Assembly: GCA_947631835.1 (NCBI GenBank) | Contig: CANRMW010000001.1 | Span: 1-63,371 of the forward strand | Direction: 5' to 3' | Origin: an uncultured Clostridia bacterium | GTDB lineage: Bacteria > Bacillota > Clostridia > Oscillospirales > Acutalibacteraceae | Length of the DNA: 63,371 nt | Shown here: positions 1-10,181 of the stretch, one piece after another | How positions within the stretch are numbered: position 1 is the stretch's first letter | How the letters are laid out: each line of letters begins with the position of its first letter | Made by a program: the position numbers and the translations under genes | The notes under the pieces: model-generated | What the model saw: only the letters and a program-made list of their open reading frames with translations | What the model was told of the DNA's origin: nothing | The model's database searches: none

Positions 1-1
1 C

Positions 2-829
2 GGAAAATGGGCGAAGCAGATCCTTTCCTTGCAGGAACCCGACGGGAAATGGGGATGGTTTCACTCTCTTTCGCAGTTTTCTCATTCTCCCATCACGACG
101 GAGCAGGCGCTCAGGCGGCTGGAACGGCTGGGATATACCATGGAAGACGAGTGCATTCAAAGGGCGGTCAGCTATATGAACGACTGCCTGATGGGAAGAA
201 ACGATATCCCAGACCGGAAAGAAAAGCTGCATAACTGGGAGCTTTTCACTTCGCTCATACTCGCGGCGTGGATCAGAAGATTTACGCATGAGAATCCAAA
301 TGCCAATCAAGTCGCGCAGCAATGGGCTGCGGTGGTTTCCGCCGCATTTGCAGACGGGACATACGATCCGGAACGGTATGTCCGCGCATATACGGATGTT
401 TTCGGACGGAAACCCAACGGCGGCCGCTTTTTGGATTTTGTCAGCTTTTATCAGATTTCGCTCCTCTCGGACTGTCTGGACGAAGACACGGAAAGCGCTG
501 TTCTGGAGTATGTGATCCATAAAAATGACGGGATTTACTACATCTACGGCGATCAGATCTCCGTTTTGCCAGATCCTTTTGAAAGCAGGAAGGCGAGCCG
601 TTATCTCGCGGCGATCGAGCTGCTTTCGGAATATAAATTTGCAAAAGAGAAACTGGGTTATGTGGCGGGCTGGTTAGAGGATCACCTGAACGAAAACGGG
701 AAATGGGACATGGGGAAAACGGTTCAGGATAAAGTGTATTTTCCGCTTTCAGACGATTGGAGAAAACAGGAATCCCGCGAAAAAGACTGTACGGAGCGCG
801 TTGCAAATTTGCTGAAGCGGCTGCAATAA
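2..829 (+). CDS. Hypothetical protein, 5'-truncated by the window edge; prenyltransferase/squalene-cyclase-like QW repeat motifs
   Basis: Frame is open from base 2 (GKWAKQILSLQEPDGKWG); QxxDGxW-like motif here and LNENGKW near the C-terminus; lower GC than the core genes. Confidence 0.6.
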   Translation, partial: GKWAKQILSLQEPDGKWGWFHSLSQFSHSPITTEQALRRLERLGYTMEDECIQRAVSYMNDCLMGRNDIPDRKEKLHNWELFTSLILAAWIRRFTHENPNANQVAQQWAAVVSAAFADGTYDPERYVRAYTDVFGRKPNGGRFLDFVSFYQISLLSDCLDEDTESAVLEYVIHKNDGIYYIYGDQISVLPDPFESRKASRYLAAIELLSEYKFAKEKLGYVAGWLEDHLNENGKWDMGKTVQDKVYFPLSDDWRKQESREKDCTERVANLLKRLQ

Positions 830-905
830 ATGGAGCATATCCTTTCGACAGATCGTGCGGAGCGGAGAGCGGCTCGCTGGGCCGTCAGTTTTCAGGGGAT
901 GCAAG

Positions 906-1400
906 ATGAAACGGGTTTATTTGATCGGCGGGACCATGGGCGTGGGCAAGACCAGCGTTTGCCAGACGCTCAAGAAAACGCTGAATCATGCGGTGTTTTT
1001 GGACGGAGATTGGTGCTGGGATGCCGATCCGTTTCAGGTGAACGCGGAGACCAAGCGGATGGTGATGGACAACGTATGCCATCTGCTGAATAATTTCATT
1101 CGCTGCTCCGCGTATGAGAACGTGATCTTTTGCTGGGTCATGCACGAGCAGAGCATCCTCGATGAAATTTTATCGAACCTCGATTTGGCGGACTGCGAGC
1201 TCAAAACCGTCTCCTTGGTCTGCAGCCGGGAGGAACTGGAACGAAGGCTGCAAAAAGATATCCGGGCGGGCAAGCGTCAGGAAGAGGTCGTCGCCCGCAG
1301 CATCGAACGGCTGCCGCTCTACGCTGCGCTCCACACCGCGAAGGTCGATGTGTCCGGCCTCAGTGTGGACCAAACCGCAAAGATCATCGCGGCGCTTTAG
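906..1400 (+). CDS. P-loop nucleotide kinase / AAA_33-like protein
   Basis: MKRVYLIGGTMGVGKT Walker A, LDGDW motif; ATG at 906. Confidence 0.8.
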   Translation: MKRVYLIGGTMGVGKTSVCQTLKKTLNHAVFLDGDWCWDADPFQVNAETKRMVMDNVCHLLNNFIRCSAYENVIFCWVMHEQSILDEILSNLDLADCELKTVSLVCSREELERRLQKDIRAGKRQEEVVARSIERLPLYAALHTAKVDVSGLSVDQTAKIIAAL

Positions 1401-1404
1401 CTTT

Positions 1405-1437
1405 CGGTTTGCCGGGCGGCGGTCAGGATGGAAATCG
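1405..1437 (+). repeat. Post-stop intergenic motif, copy 1
   Basis: CGGTTTGCCGGGCGGCGGTCAGGATGGAAATCG, 4 nt after TAG. Confidence 0.8.
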
Positions 1438-1447
1438 GAGTATACCC

Positions 1448-1963
1448 ATGAAAATACAGACAATAGAAACGCCGAGGCTGTCTCTGCGCCGCCTCGAAAA
1501 AGAGGATGCGCGCTTTGTGATCGGCATTTGGAACGACCCTGAAATGGGCGAATATTTGCCGGATAAGGCCATGGAAGAGATCGACGAGGCGTATGTCCGG
1601 GAGATCGAATCCTTGTCCGAGGACGAGGACTGCTGTTATCTGATCTCCGAATTGAAGGATTCCCATATCCGGATCGGGACATGCAGCTTTATGGTGAGCG
1701 ATGACGGAAGGACTTACGATATTGCGTACTGCGTGCACAGAGATCACTGGGGAAACGGATATGCCACAGAGGCCGCAAAGGGCATGATCGATCATGCCGT
1801 CAGGCAGGGAGCCAAAAAGATCACCGTAAGAGTCAATAAGGAAAACATCGCTTCGAATCGGGTCGTAAGAAAACTGGGCTTTCAGGTGACGGGCGAATGC
1901 ACCTATAAGAAACGCGGCACGGAGAAGGAATTTACGGATTATTTGTATGAGCTGCAGTTGTAA
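1448..1963 (+). CDS. GNAT N-acetyltransferase (RimJ/RimL type)
   Basis: IETPRLSLR N-terminus, HWGNGYATEA acetyl-CoA motif, NIASNRVVRKLGF; GGAG RBS. Confidence 0.88.
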   Translation: MKIQTIETPRLSLRRLEKEDARFVIGIWNDPEMGEYLPDKAMEEIDEAYVREIESLSEDEDCCYLISELKDSHIRIGTCSFMVSDDGRTYDIAYCVHRDHWGNGYATEAAKGMIDHAVRQGAKKITVRVNKENIASNRVVRKLGFQVTGECTYKKRGTEKEFTDYLYELQL

Positions 1964-1967
1964 AGCG

Positions 1968-2001
1968 CAGTTTGCCGGGCGGCGGTGAGGACGGAAAATC
2001 G
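1968..2001 (+). repeat. Post-stop intergenic motif, copy 2
   Basis: CAGTTTGCCGGGCGGCGGTGAGGACGGAAAATCG, 4 nt after TAA. Confidence 0.8.
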
Positions 2002-2011
2002 ATAATTTGGA

Positions 2012-2545
2012 GTGAAAAGATTGACCATTGAAACCGAAAGATTATTGCTAAGAGAATATACTTTTGAGGATTTTAGCGCTTTATACGAAATTCTTTCGGA
2101 TCCGGAAACGATGGCGCATTATCCGAAGCCGTATGATGAAGAGGGCGTCAGAAGATGGATCCAATGGAATCTTGAGAATTACGCGAAATACGGGTTTGGG
2201 CTTTGGGCCGTCGTTCTAAAGGAAACCGGGAAGATGATCGGCGACTGCGGCCTTACCATTCAAAATATCGATGGAGATTCCCTTCCGGAAATCGGGTATC
2301 ATATTCATAAAAACTATTGGAGAAATGGGTTTGGCAGCGAAGCCGCAAGAGCCGTTCGAGATTGGGCGTTTGAAAACACGGAATATGACTGTCTCTATTC
2401 CTATATGAAATATACGAATGTAGGATCGTATTCGACTGCGATCGCGGCCGGAATGAGAAAGATCAAGGAGTATCCCGATAAGATAGATAAGATCACATAC
2501 GTTTATGCGATCACGCGGGATGAGTGGAAAGAATTAAAACGATAA
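2012..2545 (+). CDS. GNAT N-acetyltransferase (RimJ/RimL type)
   Basis: [32 protein letters not shown]; AT-richer codon usage. Confidence 0.88.
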   Translation: MKRLTIETERLLLREYTFEDFSALYEILSDPETMAHYPKPYDEEGVRRWIQWNLENYAKYGFGLWAVVLKETGKMIGDCGLTIQNIDGDSLPEIGYHIHKNYWRNGFGSEAARAVRDWAFENTEYDCLYSYMKYTNVGSYSTAIAAGMRKIKEYPDKIDKITYVYAITRDEWKELKR

Positions 2546-2548
2546 ATT

Positions 2549-2567
2549 CAGCTTATCGGGCAGCGGT
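2549..2567 (+). repeat. Post-stop intergenic motif, copy 3 (degenerate)
   Basis: CAGCTTATCGGGCAGCGGT, 15/19 identical to the copy 2 core, 3 nt after TAA. Confidence 0.6.
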
Positions 2568-2654
2568 TCGCTGCTTTCGATAGAATACGGCGCGAAAGCG
2601 CCGAGACCGTCCAAAACCGGCGGCAAAAAGAACGATCTCCCAAAACCAAATATT

Positions 2655-2686
2655 CGTGTATGTTTGATTTCCATCAAACATACACG
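2655..2686. repeat. Perfect 14-bp inverted repeat
   Basis: CGTGTATGTTTGAT-ttcc-ATCAAACATACACG. Confidence 0.9.
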
Positions 2687-2689
2687 GGG

Positions 2690-2786
2690 CGCCATCGAGA
2701 GTGACGGAGGGAACAGGCCCTTTGAAGTCCGGCAACCTGCCGAAAGGCAAGGTGCTAAATCCTGCGGCGAAAGCCGAAAGATGAGG
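2690..2786 (+). ncRNA. SAM-I (S-box) riboswitch
   Basis: ATCGAGAG-GGAGGGA-GGCCC-TGAAG-CCGGCAACC-GGTGCTAAATCC-GAAAGATGA core, directly upstream of metK. Confidence 0.93.
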
Positions 2787-2793
2787 TTCGCAA

Positions 2794-2823
2794 GACCGCT
2801 CTCGAATGGAGGGCGGCCTTTTT
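2794..2823 (+). terminator. Riboswitch expression-platform terminator
   Basis: GACCGCTCTC/GAGGGCGGCC hairpin plus T run between the aptamer and metK. Confidence 0.7.
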
Positions 2824-2852
2824 GCGCGCGAACAAAGAAAGGAAAGGAAACC

Positions 2853-4037
<1,185 letters not shown>

Positions 4038-4092
4038 ACGGACAGGCACATTTGGACACCTCCGCGCCGTATTGTGGCGTGGAGGTGTTTTG

Positions 4093-4422
4093 ATGGAACC
4101 TGTGCTGCTCGCTTTGATGTGCGTGCTCGGGGTCTGCATCCTCGTTATGGCGGTGAAGGCGGCGTGCCTGCGCATGACGCGCTCGCGCGTGCTCGCCGAG
4201 GAGCAGCCGTTTACGGTCTACGCCGCCGTCCGCATCCCGGAGGAGGCGGAATACGTCGTGCGCAGCGTGCTCGAGCGTGTGAAGTGGCTGGACCTTTACG
4301 GGATGTGCCGCGTGGTCTGCCTGAACGAATCCGAGGACCCGGAGGTGGAGGACGTGCTGCGGCGGCTGATCCTCAAATACCCGTTCGTCGAGATCGGGGA
4401 GAAGGGGCCGCCGGGGTCCTGA
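4093..4422 (+). CDS. Small hypothetical protein with N-terminal TM helix
   Basis: GGAGG RBS; hydrophobic N-terminus MEPVLLALMCVLGVCILVMAV. Confidence 0.65.
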   Translation: MEPVLLALMCVLGVCILVMAVKAACLRMTRSRVLAEEQPFTVYAAVRIPEEAEYVVRSVLERVKWLDLYGMCRVVCLNESEDPEVEDVLRRLILKYPFVEIGEKGPPGS

Positions 4423-4435
4423 GGGTGGGACCCCT

Positions 4436-4464
4436 TTGCAAAACGGGAAAAGATGCATTATAAT
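4436..4464 (+). promoter_or_regulatory. Sigma-A promoter of recD2
   Basis: TTGCAA-N17-TATAAT. Confidence 0.7.
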
Positions 4465-4496
4465 AGGGGAAGAAGAAAGGAAAGGAGCGCGGCGCC

Positions 4497-6728
4497 ATGG
4501 CGGAGCAAAACGGGGAGCTGCTGGAGATGGAAGGCAGCGTGGAGAATATCGTCTACCACAACGACCAAAACCAGTACACCGTGATGGAGATCGCCGGCGG
4601 CGACGAGCTCATCACCGTGGTGGGGACCTTCCCGTTCGTCAGCGTCGGGGAAACGCTGCACCTTTACGGCAAGTGGACCTCCCACGCGACGTTCGGGCGG
4701 CAGTTCCGCGCGGAGGCGTTCGAGCGCTCCCGCCCGGAGACGACTGCCGCCATGCTGAAATATCTTTCGAGCGGCGCGGTGAAGGGCATCGGCCCGGCGA
4801 CCGCCGCAAAGATCATCGAAAAATTCGGCGAAGACACGATCCGCATCCTCGAAAACGACCCCGCGAGCCTCGCGGCGGTGAAGGGCATCACGCCCGAAAA
4901 GGCCAGGCAGATCAGCGAGGAGATGCGCCGCGTGAACGGCATCCGCGACCTGATGGCCTTCCTCGGCGGTTTCGGCGTCCGGCCGGAGGACGCGGTGAAG
5001 GTCTGGAAGGTCTATGGCGCCGATTCCGTCGCCTGCGTGCAGGAGGACCCCTACCGCCTCACCGCCGAGGAGATCGGCGTGGATTTCGCCGTCGCAGACC
5101 GCCTCGCCGCCTCGCTCGATTACGAGCGGGAGAACATCGAGCGGATCAAGGCCGGCGTGCGCTATGTGCTCTCGCACAACCTGCTCAACGGCCACACCTG
5201 CCTTCCTGCGGATAAGCTCGTGCCCGCCGCCGCGCGGATGCTCGGCGTCTCTCCCGAAGAGACGCTCGCCGCCGTGGAGGAGCTTTGCCGCGATTTCGGC
5301 GTCGTCCCGGAGGCATTCGGCGGGCGGCGGTTCCTCTTCCTGCCGAAGTGGCACCGGATGGAATCGTATGCCGCCGAGCGCATCCGCATGATGCTGCGCA
5401 TCCCGCCGCCGCCCATCACCGACGTGGAGGAGGAGATCCGGGAGATCGAGCGGGAGCAGGGCATCGAGTACGCCGCGATGCAGCGGGAGGCGATCCGCGC
5501 CGCGCTCGAAAAGGGCCTTTTGATCCTCACCGGCGGCCCGGGCACGGGGAAGACGACGGCGCTCAACGCGATCATCCGCATCCTGATGGAAAAGGGCGAG
5601 ACGGTCTTCCTCGCCGCGCCGACGGGCCGCGCCGCAAAGCGCATGACCGAGCTCACCGGCGTGGAGGCGAAGACGATCCATCGGATGCTGCAGGTGGACT
5701 GGGACGACGACGACCAGCCGACGTTCCAGCGCGGCGAGCGCAACCCGCTCGAATGCGACGCCGTGGTCATCGACGAGCTCTCCATGGTGGACAGCTACGT
5801 CTTCGAGAGCGTCCTCAAGGCGCTCCCGCCCGGCTGCCGGCTGATCCTCGTCGGGGACAGCGACCAGCTCCCGAGCGTCGGCCCGGGAAACGTCCTTCAC
5901 GACCTGATCGCTTCCGGGGTGCTGCCGACGGTCCAGCTCACCGAGATCTTCCGACAGTCGATGGAGAGCCTCATCGTGACGAACGCCCACCGGATCGTCC
6001 ACGGGGAGATGCCGGAGCTGCGCGTGCGCACAGGCGATTTCTTCTTTCTCCCCGCGAACGACGCGAAAACGGCCGCGGACACGGTGATCGGGCTCGCCTC
6101 TGTGCGGCTGCCGAAAAGCTACGGCTATTCGCCGCTCACCGACATCCAGGTGCTCTGCCCGGGGCGAAAGGGCGGCACGGGCACCGTGGAGCTCAACCGC
6201 CGCCTGCGCGAGGAGATCAACCCCCCCGCGAAGGACAAGCCGCAGATCGCGGTGCGCGGCACGGTGTTCCGCCTCGGCGACAAGGTGATGCAGATCAAAA
6301 ATGACTACGATCTCCCCTGGAGCCGCCCGGACGGCACGACCGGCGAGGGCGTGTTCAACGGGGATATGGGGATCGTGACCGATGTGGACCGGGACGCGGG
6401 CTGTCTGCGCGTCGCGGTGGACGACCGCGAGGTGCTTTACGATTTCGAACACGCCGCGAACGAGCTCGAGCTCGCCTACGCCGTGACGGTGCACAAGAGC
6501 CAGGGGAACGAGTTTAACGCCGTGGTGATGCCCGTGTTCCCCGGCGCGCCGCAGCTCTCCTACCGCAACCTGCTCTACACGGGCGTGACGCGTGCGAAGA
6601 AGCTGCTGATCCTCGTGGGGACGCGTTCGGAGGTCGAGCGCATGGTGGAAAACGACAGGAGGACGCGGCGCTTTTCCGGGCTGAAATACTTCCTGGCGCA
6701 GGAGAGCGCGGCGGGATCGGAGTTTTAA
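4497..6728 (+). CDS. recD2: ATP-dependent RecD-like DNA helicase RecD2
   Basis: N-terminal OB and HhH (KGIGP) regions, GGPGTGKT, APTGRAAKR, LAYAVTVHKSQG. Confidence 0.95.
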   Translation: MAEQNGELLEMEGSVENIVYHNDQNQYTVMEIAGGDELITVVGTFPFVSVGETLHLYGKWTSHATFGRQFRAEAFERSRPETTAAMLKYLSSGAVKGIGPATAAKIIEKFGEDTIRILENDPASLAAVKGITPEKARQISEEMRRVNGIRDLMAFLGGFGVRPEDAVKVWKVYGADSVACVQEDPYRLTAEEIGVDFAVADRLAASLDYERENIERIKAGVRYVLSHNLLNGHTCLPADKLVPAAARMLGVSPEETLAAVEELCRDFGVVPEAFGGRRFLFLPKWHRMESYAAERIRMMLRIPPPPITDVEEEIREIEREQGIEYAAMQREAIRAALEKGLLILTGGPGTGKTTALNAIIRILMEKGETVFLAAPTGRAAKRMTELTGVEAKTIHRMLQVDWDDDDQPTFQRGERNPLECDAVVIDELSMVDSYVFESVLKALPPGCRLILVGDSDQLPSVGPGNVLHDLIASGVLPTVQLTEIFRQSMESLIVTNAHRIVHGEMPELRVRTGDFFFLPANDAKTAADTVIGLASVRLPKSYGYSPLTDIQVLCPGRKGGTGTVELNRRLREEINPPAKDKPQIAVRGTVFRLGDKVMQIKNDYDLPWSRPDGTTGEGVFNGDMGIVTDVDRDAGCLRVAVDDREVLYDFEHAANELELAYAVTVHKSQGNEFNAVVMPVFPGAPQLSYRNLLYTGVTRAKKLLILVGTRSEVERMVENDRRTRRFSGLKYFLAQESAAGSEF

Positions 6729-6833
6729 CGGGGAATCTCCGCTGCGGAAAACGCGCTTTCGGATGCGCGCCGGCTGCGATTTCTTTCAGAGCCCGCACGG
6801 GCCGCAGGTTTTGCACAAAAACTTGAATTTGAT

Positions 6834-6871
6834 TGAAAACGGTTGCGTTTTCGTTTTGGATCGGCTATAAT
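6834..6871 (+). promoter_or_regulatory. Sigma-A promoter with overlapping LacI/cre-like site
   Basis: TTGCGT(6843)-N17-TATAAT(6866); TGAAAACGGTTGCG at 6834-6847. Confidence 0.55.
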
Positions 6872-6964
6872 GACTGCGAAAGAAGCACAGCCCCCGCCGC
6901 ACGGAGCGGTGCGCCGGGAAAGCGCGGCGGGGGAGAAAACAGAGCTTTTTGGGGAGGACGGATC

Positions 6965-7882
6965 ATGATTCGACAGCAGGCGTTCATCAACGAGGGGAAC
7001 CGGATGCTCAGGGGCGGGCTGCACTGCCACACCACGCGTTCGGACGGAAGCTGCACGCCGGAGGAGGCCATCCGGCTGCACGCGGAGAACGGCTATGATT
7101 TTCTGGCGCTCACCGACCACCGGATCTACAATTTCACGGATTTCGCGCCGGATGCGGGGCTGATGATCCTGCCCGGCATGGAAATGGACCGCAGCCTGCC
7201 GGAGCCGGGGCACGTTTTCCACACGGTCTGTCTCGGGCCGCGGGAGGGCAACGGCTACGCGCAGGACCAGCGGTTCGCTTCCGGCTCGGTCAAAGACCAG
7301 TTCGAATATCAGAAGGTGCTGGATGAGATCCACGGGAACGGGAACCTGACCGTTTACTGCCACCCGGATTGGAGCTCCACGCCGACGCGCGATTTTGAAG
7401 CGCTGAAGGGGAACTTCGCGCTGGAGATCTGGAACACAGGCTGTGTGCTCAACAACGAAATGGACCGGGACGCGTCCTGCTGGGACGAGCTGCTCCGGCA
7501 GGGCAAGCGCATCTGGGGCGTCGCGACGGACGACGGCCACGCGAAAAACGAACACTGCAAAGGCTGGGTGATGGTGAACGCCCCGAAAGACGTGGACGCG
7601 GTCCTCGCGGCACTGCGGGACGGGAAGTTCTATTCGTCCTGCGGGCCGGAGATCCGGGATTTCTATATCGAGGACGGGAAAGCGGTCGTGGCGTGCTCGC
7701 CGGTGGAGCGCGTGCGGTTCCATTTCAGCTATTTCCCGCATCACATCGTGCGCGCCGAAGAGACGCCCCTTGAGGGCGCTTCCTGCGCGCTGAAAAGCTG
7801 GTTCACTTATGTCCGGGCGAGCGTCGTCGATGCCGAGGGCCGCATGGCGTGGACGAACCCGATCTTCCTGCCAGAGCCGTGA
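6965..7882 (+). CDS. PHP-domain metallohydrolase (CehA/McbA-like)
   Basis: LHCHTTRSDG, LALTDH, CHP, ATDDGH, AWTNPI. Confidence 0.85.
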   Translation: MIRQQAFINEGNRMLRGGLHCHTTRSDGSCTPEEAIRLHAENGYDFLALTDHRIYNFTDFAPDAGLMILPGMEMDRSLPEPGHVFHTVCLGPREGNGYAQDQRFASGSVKDQFEYQKVLDEIHGNGNLTVYCHPDWSSTPTRDFEALKGNFALEIWNTGCVLNNEMDRDASCWDELLRQGKRIWGVATDDGHAKNEHCKGWVMVNAPKDVDAVLAALRDGKFYSSCGPEIRDFYIEDGKAVVACSPVERVRFHFSYFPHHIVRAEETPLEGASCALKSWFTYVRASVVDAEGRMAWTNPIFLPEP

Positions 7883-8090
7883 CCGCCCGAAAAGCGGGCG
7901 CGGAGCCGGAAAGAAAAAGAACGCGGGACCTCCGAGCGGCGGGGGCCCCGCTTTTTTCGGCGCGGCGGGAGGGGGCCGCCGCAGAAATCCCCGGCAAAAG
8001 GGAATATCCCCTTGCTATTTTTCCCGGTTTCGGTTATAATAATATGGGTTTATAGGGACAAGCGGTTTTCCGCAGGATTTTGAGGTGCGC

Positions 8091-8366
8091 ATGGGCTATT
8101 TTTACGCCGTGATCTGGATCGTCTCCGGGCTGGTGCTGATGCTCCGGCTCCGGAAGGAAAACAAGGTCTTTTTGGCCGCCGGCGCGTATTTCGTGGTCCT
8201 GGGGCTTTGGTGGGCGTGCGCCGCGGCGTTTCCCGCGTGGGACCTCTTCAACGGCGTCCCGGGAACGGTCCTTCGAGTGCTGACCGGCGTGATGCTGGTC
8301 GTCTGCGCCGTCGTGTTTTTCCGGGAGAACCGGAAGAACGCGGGGAAGTCGAAGAAAGGGGACTGA
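8091..8366 (+). CDS. Small membrane protein (about 3 TM)
   Basis: GAGGT RBS; three hydrophobic stretches; promoter TTGCTA(8012)-N17-TATAAT(8035). Confidence 0.7.
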   Translation: MGYFYAVIWIVSGLVLMLRLRKENKVFLAAGAYFVVLGLWWACAAAFPAWDLFNGVPGTVLRVLTGVMLVVCAVVFFRENRKNAGKSKKGD

Positions 8367-8367
8367 C

Positions 8368-9291
8368 ATGGGATCTTTCGTTACCATTGCGGGAAAGGTC
8401 GCGGTCATCCTCGTGCTGGTGGTCCTCGGCGTGGTCGTCTCGAAAACGGGCATCCTCAGCCAGAAGAGCCTTTCGGAGATCACGACGCTCCTGCTGCACA
8501 TCGTCACGCCGTGCCTGATCGTCAATTCCTTCCTTTCGCCGGATATCGGGCATTTGGAGCTGTCGGGCGTGATCCTCGCGATCCTGCTGCCGGCGGCGGC
8601 CATGGGGCTTGCCATTGCCCTGAGCTACCTCTTTTTCAGGAAGGAGACGGAGTCGCGGAAGAAGGTGCTGCGCTTTTCCGTCATCTTTTCGAACGCCGGG
8701 TTCATGGGCTTCCCGCTGATCGAGAGCATCCTTGGACCGGAGGGCGTGCTGTACGGCTCGTTTTTCGTGGCGGTGTTCAACCTTATCTGCTGGACCTACG
8801 GGTATCTGATGATGGGCGGGGGAAAGATCCGCGTGAAGTCGCTGCTCCTCAACCCGGGCATCATCGGGCTCGCGATCGGGATGCCGATCTATTTCCTGCG
8901 CATCCGCCTGCCGGATCTCATCGCTTCGCCGGTGGAGATGCTGGCAGGGCTCAACACGCCGCTCGCGATGATGGTGGTCGGCGGGTACATCGCCCGGGTG
9001 AAGCCGAGGGAGTTCTTCTCGGATATGGCGGTCTACAAAATGGCGGCGATCCGGCTGATCCTCTGCCCGGCGGTGTATCTGGGCGTTCTCGCCCTCGCGC
9101 GCCCGGCGGCGCCGCTGCTCCTGAGCTCGCTGATCCAGTCCGCGACGCCGGTCGCGGCGAACTGCGTGCTTTTTGCCGTGGAATACGGCCGGGACGCGGA
9201 GCTCGCCTCCAAGAGCGTCGCCGTTTCGACGGCGCTTTCCCTGCTGACCATCCCGGTCTTCACCGTGCTCGGTCAGATGATGCTCGGATGA
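8368..9291 (+). CDS. AEC (auxin efflux carrier) family transporter
   Basis: FSNAGFMGFP, NP, ATPVAAN motifs; about 10 TM. Confidence 0.9.
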   Translation: MGSFVTIAGKVAVILVLVVLGVVVSKTGILSQKSLSEITTLLLHIVTPCLIVNSFLSPDIGHLELSGVILAILLPAAAMGLAIALSYLFFRKETESRKKVLRFSVIFSNAGFMGFPLIESILGPEGVLYGSFFVAVFNLICWTYGYLMMGGGKIRVKSLLLNPGIIGLAIGMPIYFLRIRLPDLIASPVEMLAGLNTPLAMMVVGGYIARVKPREFFSDMAVYKMAAIRLILCPAVYLGVLALARPAAPLLLSSLIQSATPVAANCVLFAVEYGRDAELASKSVAVSTALSLLTIPVFTVLGQMMLG

Positions 9292-9344
9292 ACGCCCGCG
9301 AAACGCGCGGGCACGGATACTTCTGATGCAAGAAGGAGTTGTAT

Positions 9345-9971
9345 ATGAAGATCGCTCCGTCCGTCCTTGCGGCGGACTACCTGCGTTTGGGAGAGAGCGT
9401 GCGGGCCGTGGAAAACGCGGACATGCTCCATCTCGACATTATGGACGGCCATTTTGTGCCGAACATCAGCTTTGGCCCCGACGTCGTGCGCGCGCTGCGG
9501 GGAGAGAGCCGCCTGTTTTTCGACGTACATTTGATGCTGACGCATCCGCGCCGGTATCTCGAATCGTTTCGCAGTGCCGGCGCGGACGGCATCACCGTCC
9601 ATGTGGAATGCGAAGACGACGTGGCGGAGACGCTTCGGGAGATCCGGGAGATGGGCCTTCAGCCGGGCCTGAGCCTGAAGCCGGGAACGCCGGTGGAACG
9701 GCTCGTGCCGTTTTTGCCGCTGTGCGGCATGGTCCTTGTGATGACGGTGGAGCCGGGCTTCGGCGGCCAGCGGTTCATGGCGGACCAGACGGAAAAGCTG
9801 CGGTTCCTGAAAAAGGCCGCGCCGGGCGTGCTGCTCGAGGTGGACGGCGGGATCAACGTCGAGACCGCAAGGATCTGCCGGGACGCCGGAGCGGAAGTCC
9901 TGGTCGCCGGGACGAGCGTCTTCGGCGCGCCGGACGTGTCCGCTGCGCTCGCCGAGCTGCAGCGCCTTTGA
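9345..9971 (+). CDS. rpe: Ribulose-phosphate 3-epimerase
   Basis: IAPSVLAAD, HLDIMDGHFVPN, MTVEPGFGGQ, VDGGIN. Confidence 0.97.
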   Translation: MKIAPSVLAADYLRLGESVRAVENADMLHLDIMDGHFVPNISFGPDVVRALRGESRLFFDVHLMLTHPRRYLESFRSAGADGITVHVECEDDVAETLREIREMGLQPGLSLKPGTPVERLVPFLPLCGMVLVMTVEPGFGGQRFMADQTEKLRFLKKAAPGVLLEVDGGINVETARICRDAGAEVLVAGTSVFGAPDVSAALAELQRL

Positions 9972-10181
9972 GGCGGTTTTAAAATTCACAGATTTTTCGC
10001 ATTTCTCCCCGAGGTTTTCACCCAGCCGTCACAGAGAAAAGGTATTCTTTTAAGCAAAAGTTCCCTTTTTGACGCGGGCGGATCGCGGAGAGGGCTGTGA
10101 ACGCAAATAGATCTGAATCAATTCGAGGCAATTCCCCTGTCCGCGTTACGACTGCGGCCAGAGAAAGGACGGTAATGCAGT

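Noticed and set aside
1405-2567. Classical integron attC or Xer/dif sites
   Set aside because: No RYYYAAC/GTTRRRY palindromic ends, no dif 11-6-11 layout and no intI in the window; kept only as a non-canonical motif
2664-2852. N-terminal extension of MetK in the ORF track (similar extensions for coaBC, gluQ, pgk, tpiA, ispE)
   Set aside because: The extensions overlap riboswitch, promoter or neighbouring-gene sequence; family homology begins at the downstream start
10060-10181. c-di-GMP or c-di-AMP riboswitch before the Gld-like ABC operon
   Set aside because: Only isolated fragments (GCAAA, CTGAATC) are present; the conserved cores and stems are missing
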